Numbered from the whole stretch's first letter, positions 23,830-41,348 are shown. The stretch is DNA of 63,763 nt, filler included, from Collodictyon triciliatum (GCA_043381765.1; 7 parts of 7 records of this genome joined end to end with filler, not necessarily neighbours in it); one strand, 5' to 3'. Made by a program: numbers and translations. Notes: generated by a model not told the origin, from the letters alone.

Positions 23830-24950
23830 TAAGAAAATTTTTATGTTTTGCAGAGAAACTTCTATAAGAACAAACAATACACCATGTCATATTACTCCAG
23901 ATACTGCGTGTTTGATATATCTATTAGTACCAACTGGGAAAACATTATTACTGAAGAATATATCAGGATGCAAAGAGACCTATGGGATAGCTTCTTTGAA
24001 ATGAAGAGAGTCTTTCATCAAAGAGACTACAATTTTTAATGCATGATACATACGGCTTGGCTATGACATTACTGTTTGAAAAGAAAGGTATTTCAATTTC
24101 AAAATTCAAATAAAATGAAAAAAAACTAAAATATGTTTATATAGATGAACCTTCCGAAGAGTAGCTATCTTTATTAGCGTCAAAAAAAATAGTTGGAGTG
24201 GACGCAGGCAAGTTTAATTTGGTTTACGTGGTGGATGAGACAGTTAAGAAATTACATTACACGACACACCAAAGAAGACATGATAGGAAATCTCTTGAAA
24301 ATCACAAAATACACTTGCGCGAGAAAGAAAAGTACAATTTTTCAGGGATATGCATAGCAACGGGTTTACAAAGTGTTATTTCTTTTGGTCTCAGGACTTT
24401 TGAAGAGAATCAGCAGTTTGAGACATCAAGAGCATCCTTAATCGATTTAGAGATAGAACTGAGTAAACATAATTCATGCACGGTCGATTATGATAAAAAT
24501 TCTAAAATATGTATCTATGAAATTAAGATACCAGATAGAATTATCCAGATTTTATGAACAAGTAACTTTTCGAAAGATGAGATGGAGATAGTATGTAAAT
24601 ACAAAAAGAAGCAAAGAATTGTTTATGGACCGAATCGAAAAGACATATGGCAAGGATGTTGTGTTGGCGTATGGAGACTGGAACAGAAAATCTCCGATGA
24701 AACTCCTTATGCCATTAATCGGGAGAGGATTACGAAAAAAAAAAAATACTATCCAAACGTTTTGAAACAGTTAGTGTGAATGGATTAAAAACCTCCAAGA
24801 TGTGCTGCAACTGCGAAAAAGAACTGGAATATATGCGACTGAAAGGGAATTCAATAAAGGTGTATAGATGTCTCATGTGTAAAGAGTGCAATCGCTCAGA
24901 AAGCAAACAAAGTGCACTCTTGACAAGGGACTCTAACAGCGCTTAAAAAA
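23830..24950 (+). mobile_element. Degenerate Fanzor1 (eukaryotic TnpB-like RuvC nuclease) pseudogene, N-terminally truncated
   Basis: Intronless. Joining frames gives RTNNTPCHITPDTACLI..LLKNI..LWDSFF..KRVF..DYNF; RuvC-I KIVGVDAGKFNLVYVVD..LHYTTHQRR; LSKHNSCTVDYDK; FRKMRWR; KTYGKDVVLAYGDW; GRGLRK..LSKRFETVSVNGLKTSKMCCNCEKEL; VYRCLMCKEC; RuvC-III TRDSNSA. Several stops and frameshifts. Confidence 0.88.
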
Positions 24951-25618
24951 TATAACCAACAAAGTTCTTTTAATTTCTTGGGTTTAGTCATTTGTGTCAT
25001 TTTTCCGTTACGTATGACGGTCATTCTAATTCTGGATTTACCAAAGAGGTAAAGGCTCAACGGAAACTACACCGCTCGCTATCTAATGCACAAAGCGCAC
25101 CGCTAACAGGCCTCCACGATCTGTAACCATATATATTTGAAATAGTGTCGTCTATTTATGAAGATCGTTGAAATTTAGCCGAATTGAAAAGATATTGTAT
25201 TTGATTCTGATTATTTTCCGCATATAGGCAGTTTCTATCCCAGGCATGTCTACCAGGGACAGTTCCTAGGAACGGGAGAATGGGCAAGATTTGGGTGGTC
25301 GTGGGGACGTAAGGATGCGAAGATGTGTAAAGTTTTGCTGCGTGGGAATGAAATCATCAGCCATACGGGGGACAGCATGTCAGGGGGTTGTGATATTTAT
25401 TCCATTCAGTCTTGACCGGGTGTATTCACGGTGGAAACGGGGGTTACTTTGGCTCTTGAGACCGCTTCTGTCAGACTGAGGAGGCAGTCTGTTGTGTGGA
25501 AAACGGCGACCGTGAGGCAAGTAAAATTGTAAATATCATTACATATAATAATGACTTTTCTATACGATCACCTCACAGACCCAGAAATGTGGAAGCCGAA
25601 AGCGACAGCGCACGTAGT

Positions 25619-29347
<3,729 letters not shown>

Positions 29348-29512
29348 GACAAGATTATATACTAGTGAAAGGATCATATTAGTGACTAGCAGAGCTACGC
29401 AAATAAAAGATTAAGTCTCCTTGTAACTGGTTTAGTAGGCATGGAATGAAATACAGAAGGAAAAGTAAAAACCTAACTGGATTGCAATAGAAAAAAGAAA
29501 AGAAATTAAATG

Positions 29513-29614
29513 AAAAGAAAGCAAAAGAAAGCAAAAGAAAGCAAAAGAAAGCAAAAGAAAGCAAAAGAAAGCAAAAGAAAGCAAAAGAAAGCAAAAGAAA
29601 GCAAAAGAAAGCAA
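29513..29614. repeat. 10-nt repeat (AAAAGAAAGC)n in the divergent NDH-2/UBR-like intergenic region
   Basis: About ten tandem copies. Confidence 0.9.
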
Positions 29615-29809
29615 AACACAAAAAAAATCCATATTAACTAACTGCATGAGCATATGTTATTAATTTTAATAATATTTATTTCTTCCACATCATATTACTA
29701 CACCTCCGAGTTGTGGTTAAGGTGAAGGGGTTATTAAACTGGATGATAAATTAATTAGGAATCTATATTGGCGTCTTTTGCCGCGAAGCAAAATTCTTTC
29801 GCTCAATCC

Positions 29810-30978
29810 ATGGATGACCTTGAGGTATACTAATTGATCCAATACAAGAAATAATCACATGCAACATACCTATCGACCAATATTCAAGATTCAGGGTATA
29901 ATGGTACAAAATCTTTCATCTTTCTATTCTCAAAGGATATTGAAGAGGAAAAACTCCATGAACCGGCGAAGGTCCCTGCAAAGAGAATAAGAGTATGATA
30001 TCTCCATCCTCATCAATTTCCCAAGACGTCTTATGGCTCCATATGGTTCCTATTTTCGATTAGCTGTTGTCATTTCTTCATATGTTATTATGCTTTCACT
30101 AGCCGGATCATGTATGCGTCATGTGTCACGAATCATATAAATCTGGAGGAGAAAAACCGATGGGACTGATAGTTTTTATCCAGAAAACCAATATTCCTTC
30201 AAGTAATTCCCCAATACAATTCTTGCCATATGTTTTCAGCTTCTGCACACTTCCACACCTCCTCTAAAAGGAGAAAAAAAAGAAGGAAAATTCCTTTGAT
30301 TCAGAAGGTATTACTCAGATACTGAAACTGTGATTTTTCTTACAGTCGCTCTGGCGCAAAGTTCACGCGCAAAGTTGGATGGTATGCAATACACAATATA
30401 AAATACCTTTCTTTTTTTTCTTTTTCATTCTTTCCCTCAGATACTAAGTTAATACAAAATAGGAGAAGGGGACTCACACAGGGCAACTTTTGGTAAATTC
30501 TTTACGTTGAGATAATATTTTCTTCCTTTTTTTTTTTTTTTTTTTGAATATCACATGACTCAAATCTACCGAAAAGGCAACCCCTTCTCCTTCCTTCTCT
30601 GTGGTTTACATTAACGAAGATATTTAAGAAAAGAAAAATTACTCAGACCACATTTGGAATTAATCATACCTACATAACCCAGATTATAGTACCGAGAGCC
30701 AAATGATAGGTTTGTTTTTTGAAGATAGAAAATATGAATTTTCTAATAGCTTTTTTTGTTTTTTAAAAAATAACGCAATCACTCCAGTAAAAATGTCACC
30801 ATTTTTGATTTTTCTCCTTATTCAGGAGAAGCCAATGAAGACAGTTCCATTCCTAAGCCAGTTGCATTCATGTATAATCTCATGTATGGGGAGGACGACA
30901 ATGCGCCAGTCCCACCTAACTTCGTTGATGTAAGGCACATATATATGTTCCAAAGTCGAATTTCCGCACTATTTACTA

Positions 30979-31053
<75 letters not shown>

Positions 31054-34000
31054 TTATTATTATTCATGTAGTCAGCGACTTCGATAGTCATGTACATACC
31101 ATTTGCTGATGAACAAATAATAGGATTCCGACGAAGAGGACACACAAGACACCTCTGGCACGTCTGAAGGTTCAGGCACTGTAAACACAGCAACCAGGCG
31201 CATCAACCCACTAGTGCCGATTGACGTAGAATTTTTGAATACATCAGTTGATGGAAGCGAACTAGAAGATAGTCAAACACAACATACTGACTTAAACGAG
31301 ACACAAAGACAAAATGTAACTCCCTCCTCCTTTTCTTCTACTTTTCTTTCTATCTGTTTTCTTGAAAATTACGACTTTCATAATGTTACCACGGCCTTGA
31401 GCATGAAAATCTCTAGTTGTCTACGATTCCTTTTCCCAAAAGTAAGTTAAGAGATATAAATAGATTAGGGCACATGCAACCAATTTGGCCACACAAATTG
31501 CTGAGTTCATTACTGGAACCATCCATCGAATTAATACTGATCAAGGTTCTAATTCGCATACCGTGGATCAGGATGTTAATCCTCCGACAAACCACTTTGA
31601 TAGCACACAGAGAACATATGGTCAAGATGAATTTTTCCAATTTAACACAAATGAAGACATTGGCGATGAAGATCCGGAAGAATTCGATGAAGAAAATGAT
31701 GATGATATTGAAAGTGAGAATGGCAGCGATAATGAAGATGAAAATAGTGATGTTACCGTAGATGACTATGACGATGACGACGAAGATGATGACCGCAGAG
31801 ATATTCCACTTCAATCGAATATCCAAGAAGAGATTCGACGTACGATTCGTTTTCGGCAATATAAGTAACATTTCAAATATCATCCCTACGTGTCACTCCA
31901 TTGCCACTTCAACCATATGGAGTTATATATCGTATCATAACACTAAAAAATAAAATAAAAATCAAGACTAAGAAGCAAACTATTTGCCCCTTCCTTTTTT
32001 CCTATTTTTTTTTTAATACGAAACCAACAATCAAAGACCTAAGAAACAACCAGTGCGAAATACTGGCGAGGAGCTTCTCAGGAACTTAAATAATTCTGTT
32101 GGTATCAACATAAGGTTATATAATTTTCTCGGTTTATTATTCCTTCAATTAAAAATTATCTAATTATTATATCACTAATTTTCATAAATTGAAATTGTTT
32201 CAATACCTCTTCGTTTACTACAAATATAATTGCAACATTTCATGAATTCAATATCCTGAATAAATTCAAAATGAAAACAGCACATGCGGACATCAAATCC
32301 ATGAAGAATGTTACATCAGCTACTTCGATTCATTGATTAAAACACATTTATCTGGGGAAGAATATGAAGGTGCCTATCAAAATTATTATTAATCTTATTA
32401 TTAAAAAGGCTACAATAATATCTTCGCATAATCTATAGTTCAAATCAAAACATTTCATTCTTGAATCGTCTAGGAATTAATGTTGCGTCTATTCCAAAAT
32501 TGGAGTTTGTTTGTCCAGCTTGCCGCAGACTATCAAATGCACTCGTATTTATTTGATTATCAAATTAACCCATAAAATTATACCTTCGATAACGTTTCTA
32601 TTTTCTTGCACATTTTATTGAGAGATTTAAGTCCAGTATGTGTTTTGAAATATAATATTCATATGTTTGTCATAAATGCATACTTTCTTTTTCATGTATG
32701 CGCCGTAGGTGCCGATTATTCCGGAAAGTGTAGAATCTATGGTTGTCGAAACTGAACAATATGAGGGAATGACTCTTGATATTAATGACGCACTGTTGAC
32801 CTTTAATCAAGAAATGAAGAAAAATGACGAGTATTATTTAATTTATATGTAAAATGATTCGCTTTCTTTATAAATATCAATAATTTTATGTAGAATGAAA
32901 AGAGAAAATCTATTATACAGGCCTAATTTTTTTCCTTCTGCAGGATTGTACAGGACTCTCTGACCTCGCCCTCGCCCATGGAGTCTGGTAATTGACCACT
33001 GACCACTTACCACTAATTTTTCTGATCTAAAACATCAAATTGTTTCTCATCCAATAATTCCTTGAAGTAACGACTGTTCTGAAGAACTCCATGGAAAATA
33101 TTGCCACAAGAATTTACTGCGTCCATGAACATGTTGGCCATGAAAGAGTATTATTTTGAACAATATTCAATTCATGTTTTGAAATTTTTGAAAATTTTTT
33201 TAATGAATTAGAACTTGATTAATCTTGTTTGCCATTTTAATACATTCCCATTTACTATGAAGGTGTGGGATGTTGCATCTGTCATCCAGTATGAATGGTC
33301 TGCTGTGGGGACATCAATATTGAGTGGAGAAATATCTGCAAGAGACTTGGAATATATGTTCGTTATGATACCTCTGACTTGAAATTCCTACAGCGTCTAA
33401 GAGGGTTTAAAATGCTTAAGTTTATATAATCCACTAATGTTTATCTTGTATAAGGGAATCATCCTTGGTGTCACAAAAAACGGTGAGATTTTAAAGTGAC
33501 TATTTATTAATAATAGCAAATAAATTTAACATACAAAAAAATAATGCTCAAATGACTCTAACGTATCTAGATACAAACAAACAAACAAACAAACAAACAA
33601 ACAAACAAACAAACAAACAAACAAACAAACAAACAAACAAACAAACAAACAAACAAACAAACAAACAGACCAACAAAAGAAATCATATCAAACTTTTTCC
33701 TCAGTTTAAAGTTATCTAAAATTATGAGAATATTAGACAATAGATTTATGGAGGAACATGTTCTTTTGTGGCGCTGTTAATACTCGAATTATCCAAAATC
33801 CAGACTTCAAGGTACATCATAAAATCCCATTATTCTATCATATTAGAATCCATACGATTACGCGATGTCTACAGTAAACAATCATATATGAATATCTTAC
33901 CAGAGTAGATTAAATCGAATTCTTGAAAAAGAGTTTTCCCCTTTTCCCCTTNNNNNNNNNNNNNNNNNNNNNNNNNNNNNNNNNNNNNNNNNNNNNNNNN

Positions 34001-34660
34001 NNNNNNNNNNNNNNNNNNNNNNNNNNNNNNNNNNNNNTTTATGCCTTTATGCCTTTATGCCTTTATGCCTTTATGCCTTTATGCCTTTATGTCTCTTCTT
34101 TTTTGCTCTTCCATTCTTTATTTTGAAAAATTGTCAGAAAGCCGATTATTTATACTATGTTACTCGTAAAGTTGTCCCTCTTGAAGGTCTCTCGGTGGAT
34201 ACAGTCAAACATAGACGCCGAATCTTCCATGTCAAAGTAAATGCCGCCCAATTATACTTTACTTTTGCGCTGAAACAATTCTCTTTACATTCCAAATTTT
34301 ATTTGACCAACCCCAACATCAATCTGAAAATTTCATTTTATCTTGCAGTCCTCCCAGCTGGCCATCTATTTTACAACACGACCAATGGAGTTTATTGGTA
34401 AGTCAGTTCACGCCAGCTTATCGCGCCAATTCATTATGTCGCTCTACAATAAATGAATATATTTTGCCTCAGTTTGAGCTGATCTCTCATGAAAATTGGT
34501 GGCTTAAAACTTATTTATTACTTTCCACGACCCAGTGCCTATCTCCTCCGCTCCAGACATATATATTGTATATTCACATTTAAGACCCATATATACAGAT
34601 TCGGACTACAATGATATGGCCCCGTGCCTTATCACGAAATCAGTATCTCTGCATACTCCA
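29810..34660 (+). CDS. UBR1/UBR3/PRT6-type RING E3 ligase-like protein, apparently without N-terminal UBR box; 3' end runs off the contig
   Basis: Spliced exons give CVMCHE..KPMGLIVFIQKT, a long acidic insert, then STCGHQIHEECYISYFDSL..EFVCPACRRLSNALVP, the split RING signature of UBR-family ligases. First exon MDDLE starts at 29810. Confidence 0.75.
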
Positions 34661-35113
34661 AGTTTACTATGCAGCATCATTTGTTCAAGTATGCAAGAAT
34701 GGATTTTTTTTTTAATATTCTTTTTACTCTGCCAGCTTTCAATTTTTTTAGTCCAGCAAATTGTCACTTTTATTTGATGCAAATATTATAATTTGTGGCG
34801 TTATAAGTCAATATCCATGTCTGTCCTTTTGTTTTGTTTTGTTTTGTTTTGTTTTATTTTATTTTGTTTTGTTTTGTATGTATGTATGTATGTATGTATG
34901 TATGTATGTATGTATGTATGTATGTATGTATGTATGTATGTATGTATGTATGTATGTATGNNNNNNNNNNNNNNNNNNNNNNNNNNNNNNNNNNNNNNNN
35001 NNNNTTAATTAATTAANNNNNNNNNNNNNNNNNNNNNNNNNNNNNNNNNNNNNNNNNNNNAAAAATTTTTTAAAATTTTTTTATTTTAATTTTTTTATTT
35101 ACATATATATTTT

Positions 35114-35147
<34 letters not shown>

Positions 35148-35184
35148 TCATGCAATTAACGTCATGAAAACATTTAAACATCAG

Positions 35185-38100
35185 AGAATATCTTTCTTTG
35201 CCGTGGGTTCATTGTCATCTCTTTTCGCTGCCATCACTGTCGGAATAAACGATAAGGACAGCTACGCCACTTTGATCGCTTTATCGATACTTATACTCCC
35301 CGTGGGTGTAGGGGCATACCGACTCTCAGGTTCTTGATATGTACCATATAAATCCGGAAAAAAAACTACATAAATTTGAAACTGCTTTACATTTTTAAAA
35401 ATCATATGATAACCAATCTCTTTCTAAATAAAAAATTGATATATTTACCACATAGGGAGATATTTTAGGTCGCTTTTCAAAAAAGTGACGACGCTGAAAG
35501 ATCCAAATAATCCCAAATCTTTTCATTTTTCCAACGAGTTTATGGTCGAGTTTGCGACTAGAGCCTACTTGAGAAAACCAGACGAATCCGAGGTCATGCC
35601 ACATGAGTACGATCTATTCGATGTCTAAACGAATACGATATTCGACCATCTCAAAAATACGACTATCTAAATTAAATATATAATACATCACCATGAACAA
35701 CAGAAAGCTAATTAGGTCATTCAAAATAGGGTGGAAGTTGTCAAAAATATGTACAAAAAAGGAATGGAGCGATTTCCACGGTCTGCTGCAGTTCGAGTTC
35801 AATATTCTCTCTTTCTTATCGCATTTTCACCTTCGTCTATCACTACAGATGTTAGACTTCTAGTTGTTGAAGTAAACCCTATTTATATTAAACAACAATT
35901 GCCAATCTAAAACTATATTTCTAGCCTTTTAATTATTTTTTGGAATGAATTTTTTAATTCTGGAAAATCTCAGATGATGAAGATGAAGAATATCATTTTC
36001 GACGTCCGTTTTTTGGTCTTCAATCTCCGTTCTGTCTGGCAGCAAGATATGGAAACAAGGGGACTGGGTCATAGAGGAGGACTTGATCTCATAAGTTATA
36101 TTTACTTCAAAAAGAACTTTGCTGTTGCCAAGCACTACCATAGAGAGGCAAGGAAATCCCTATTTTCATTTTGGAAGTCATTACTGAGACCGCACGTGTC
36201 CCAAGCGCAGTTGGAATCTCAGGTATCTGACTATCGACTTTCTTTACAAAATTAAACAGTTATTTTCGCTTCATTTTCTCACACTGCAACACCTACCGTT
36301 TTTTTTTTTTTTAAAAAAAAAAATCGTGTTTAAAGGCTGAAGAATTCGACAGAGTGGAACAAATTTCGCTCAATGCGTACGAAGACCTGCTTTCAAAATA
36401 CTTCAATAGCCCAGTATTTTATTACTTTTTTTTTATAAAAAAAAACAATACCAGTTTATTGTGGTCCGCAAATGAAACTTTTTTTTTTAATAATGCCTAC
36501 AATTAGATTTTTTTCCTTTTGTTTCAATGATTCATTATTTTACTGTCGACTTTTTTTTTCTCAGGAGACCAGTGAAGTAGTCATCTTTTTGTTATGCATA
36601 TATAGAATGCATACTATATTGAATATAATTTTCAAACAGGACTTACTTCGAAGCTATGGCGGATTTTGGCTTGATGTTTATCGAGATACTAACCTTTCAA
36701 ACGTTTGCTTCGCCATAGCTGATGAAATTGAAGAATACGAAAACAAGGTCACTCTAACCATTTTACATGCTCAATTAATTATGCAATATTCGATTGAATA
36801 TATCTCATGACATCACAACAGAAAGGCTTGCAGAGACACCGCCGGTCATTGCAACATCCTTCTGGTAATGAGAACCCTGGTGGTTATAAATCTGATGCCG
36901 ACAACGGAGCATCTGGAGATGATGATGATGAACACAAGTCTAAAGTAAAGTGAGTAAAGTTTTTTTTTTGAAGACCGAATTTGTGACTTAAAAAATCAAT
37001 TGAATATAGACTAAAAAAATGACTTTGAATTTTTTTTTTTGTATTTCTAATCCTTTGTTTTAAAAGATTTTCCATTCATTTTTAATACATTTCTTTTTAA
37101 TTGATAGATCCGACTACACGACATCCTCATCTGGGAAGAGCCGAGAGAGAATAAGAAAGATGAAATTCCACTTGGATAGAATACGCAAACAAAATGATTC
37201 ATTTGAAAGCAAAGCAGTTAGAAATTTTTCCTATCTGCTTTATTTTCTGCAAATGCTATTATTTGGTATTCCTCTTGCAGGTATGAATAATTAATAAATG
37301 ACACATGTGCATACCTTTTTGAAAACAACATGATTTGAGTTTAAATAAGACTATCCTTAACAATAATATATCCAGCAATCATATTATTCATGTCCCTTCA
37401 CCTGAAGCTTCTTCATAACCAAAAGCAAATAAACATGAACCACGAACAAATTTTTATCGGAAATGTACTTTTTTATTTATTTATTATAATGAATTAAGTA
37501 ATATCGAATACCTTCTTGCTTATGATTTCAGCCCTTGGTAGATAAACAATCTCCCTTCATTATCCAATCAAAAAAAAAAAAAACATTTAGGAGGTCATGT
37601 ACACAGCCCAATCTTTTGGTGTCCTCTCTGAGTCAAATCTAGTTACACATTCAAAGTATTTTTCCTGTGTTAATTCCACAAATTGCATGGACGAGTTGGC
37701 AGATTTGCAACAGTACTCTGTCGATCTTATGGAAAATTTCCACCAATCACACGTAATACTTTATTTCTGATTTGACATTACCTTTGATTTCCCAGCATTC
37801 CTATTATACTAAGTTGCACTCCACATTTTCTTCATGTGTCAGACAAATACGTTCGAATTGTTACTCAAGTATCAAAAGTCCATCATTGATGCGTGGGTTG
37901 AACCCCACCTCACTCTCAATGTCTTCTACGGGGCAAGTCAGTGGATATCTAGAAGATTCAGTTTGTTAGATATGAACGACTTTCTTGCTGGTGATGCAGA
38001 GAGCATATACATCGACCCAAGTACAGAAATCCTATACGAGACTTATAATTTTGATTTCAATGGTTATTCTATTTTGCAGACATATGATTTCCCTATTTTT

Positions 38101-40871
38101 TAAATATTCTAATCAATTTGAATGCTTCATACAATTGTTTAAATTGCTCTTCCAGACCCATTGTTGGATTGGAAAGACGACAGTCGATATGTATTTTGCA
38201 CGGAAAATTCCATCGATATTGTATACCATGGATATTTCTTTGTCTGCCAATCCCAAATTGACCACGCCAATGACCTTATTGGCGAGTAAGAACTAGTTTC
38301 TTGTATAACGTCCATGACACTTCATCCAGCCATCCTGTTATAACCACTCAATATTTTGCCTGTTAGATTCTTGAATAGTTTCATATATATGATGGGAATC
38401 GGCTTTGGATTTTTCTTCATCGCGTTGATGTTGTGGAAACCAGTTTACAAAATAGTTATCAACGAAGTTTCTTCATTAAGATTCCTGAAGCTCATAAAGA
38501 AAGAAGGTATATATAGTTGAAAAAGTAACTGCTTCACCTTCTTCAATCCATACGAATATGTGCTAATACCTCGATGAATGGCTTTATTGAAAGACTATAA
38601 TTAAAATTTCGTTACATATTTTTAGATGTTCAAAAAATATGCACTCTCTATCGATATGTGGAGAAATCTGATGATGAAGAGGAAGACAGTTCTTTCAAAG
38701 AGGAGAAGGCGCGCGACGTCAACCAACGAACAAAATTCAGACGAACAGTTTTAATTCTTGTTATCACATTGGCCATGTGCGGAGTATATGTTCTAGCGTT
38801 CACCTCAATATATTCTTCCATCGGGTTTGATTTAAGTTCAGAAATTTGATGATTGTCATTTTATTTTATTTCAACCACACGATTATTTTTCTTCAGGTCA
38901 GAGTGTTTGTTTTTTTTTTTTAAAAAAAAAATAATCATTTAATTGTTTTTGATGTAGTGTTTCATATATATAAATATAAAATTATTTACATAAATTTATT
39001 TATAATTTTATGGACTAGCTTTCCCTTTCAGTTGATGTGAGATGATAGTAAGGCTTAAATTGTATAAAAATCGTTCTATAGACCAGATAAAGTTTTAAAC
39101 GATGCCGGCATTCGAGTGTCCCTGACATACCTTAGTAGCCAGGCAACTCGTTCACTGTTACTTAGACCTCACGAAGTTACTGAGACTGAGCAAAACCGTG
39201 CCCTCGAGATACTGGATGTAATTTATGATTTCATTTGTGAAGCGAATTATACATGTATCAATTCGTTTACATCAAAACTCATAAAAGTCGGTGCCATATG
39301 GTGTCATTTTGCAGTTTACGGCAAATCTGTTTCTGAAGATTAATAAATAAATAATCAGCGCCTGCAGAAGGTTCATGACAAGCTCGTCGATGCAGAGAGC
39401 TCTAATCAACAAGCAACTTTACTTTTTGATTTATGCCCTGGTCTACCACCCCCTGGAATGTATCAGAGAATGGCCAACCATATAGAACACCTCCGCGCTG
39501 TATGAGCATAAAATTGAGCATAACCATTTATTTAAAATTTAGTATTAAAGCCCAACAAATTCAAGATGTATTATTATATTCCCCCTCTTCCCTCCAAGTG
39601 AATCTATTATTTAATAGAAAATAAAAGAAGCGTAACCTATCCTCAAATAGGTGATAATTTCTTCGAGAAACACCCCCTTCGACGAGCGTATCGCTATCGC
39701 TGCAAACTTTTCCTTGACACATGAGAACGATAATTTTATTCAGTGTCTGAAACGAAGCAGGGATATTCAGTATAACGACGCAAAAACAGAGCTCATATCA
39801 TCGTTCATCGCCTTGAACGCCTATTATTGGATCATATGGCCAATATTCTTCGTTTTGACAGGTAAAACACTGTACATGTTGTCTTTATTCTTTTCCTTTT
39901 CTTTTCTTTATTTTTATTTTTATTTTTATTTTTTTACTTGTGCGATAAAAGTATTAGTTATGAACTTAAGTTGTTACTCAGCAGGAGTGATGCTAATCGA
40001 AATCTAACGTTAAGGATGGAGCCTTCCTATCGGGTTCCGAAAGAAGGTAATAGGAGCAAGCTCTCGCTCTAGACGAATATTGAAGATGCTTCCCCAGGAG
40101 ATCATCCAGAAGTACCGAGCGATTGGTGAATTCATGACCGAAAAAGGATTTATCGATGGCATTAATCTCGATGACAACGGCCAACAACACAGCGAAGGTA
40201 AGTACTTTTTTTTTTGATTCACCCAAGAGCCACAAATTTTTGCGTGAAGCAATCAATGATTTTAATCCGTCAAAAAACGGTATACAAAACTTAAGCGCAA
40301 CTTTATCATGACACCCACCTTAACACAAATCAAACCGATAACAGAACACAATTCATCTGGGAGCGATTATGAGTCTGATTCCGACTCGAGCACGAGCTCT
40401 GATTCTCGTTCAACCACAAGCATGTCCAGGTCTACGTCCGAAACAAAATCCACACGGTCGTCGAAGAGAAAATCGAAATCGAAATCGAAATCGAAGTCAA
40501 AGTCCAAATCAAACGGGAGAGCAACCAAAGCGAAGCACGCAAAGGCCACCAAAGATGCTGTCCCAATCGAAAACGATGATGACGGTGCTGACGAAAAAGA
40601 TAAGCTTTTGCGGCAAGATTCAGACTTGCTTGGTGCCCAGCCTCAGGCCAAAGGCTCTTCGTTCAGAGACGTCATCATGAAGACGCTGATGAAGCAGTCA
40701 TCATTGATTGAAGAAACGCCCATCCAGCGGCCTTGCGTGGTATGCAAGAAGCGCCCAAGGGAGATTCTGTTGAGTCCATGCGGTCATTTCTTGCACTGCT
40801 CCACATGCGCAAAGCCTCTGACGTCTTGTTCCGACTGTAACAAAAGAATCATTCGAAAGGAAATCATGTGA
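35185..40871 (+). CDS. TmcB/TmcC-like multi-pass membrane protein with C-terminal RING-HC finger; 5' end missing
   Basis: VEFATR, YKKGMERFPRSAAV, LDLISYIYFKKNFAVAKHYHREA..FWKSLL, YEDLLSKYFNSPDLLRSYGGFWLDVYRD..ADEIEE, several TM exons, RRILKMLPQEII. An in-frame splice 40197->40345 leads into an exon ending CVVCKKRPREILLSPCGHFLHCSTCAKPLTSCSDC. Confidence 0.78.
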
Positions 40872-41348
40872 ATTGGGCCATCGCCTATCTGCCCTAAAGC
40901 CAGGCACTTAGATGTGTCCTTCTAGTTTTTTTTTTCTTCATTTCTTTAGCTTCTCTTTATTCCCCTCTTCAACTGAAAATCCGTTCAACAAATTAACACG
41001 AATAATAATAGTGACAAACCAAAGATTATAAAACATTTTTTTTCCCTTTATTCGAACCGAAATAGAGATTAAAAAAGATAGCTGTTTTTTTTTTTGAAAA
41101 AAAAAACAACGTAATTTAAATATGTTGGTAGTTGATAAAGTCACGCAGGTTTGTCATCGCTATGGGTAAAGTGATTAATATGCCTCGAAGCGAATTTGAG
41201 GATACCGGACATATGTTTGTGATCGACTAATGATTGCTTTTTGTTTATGGTCGGTCTACTTTGCATATCTGCGCCCCCTCCTCACAAAAGAAAAGAAACT
41301 GGGCAAATAGAAGGAAAAGGAGAAGGAAAAGGACAGACTCCTTCGAGG

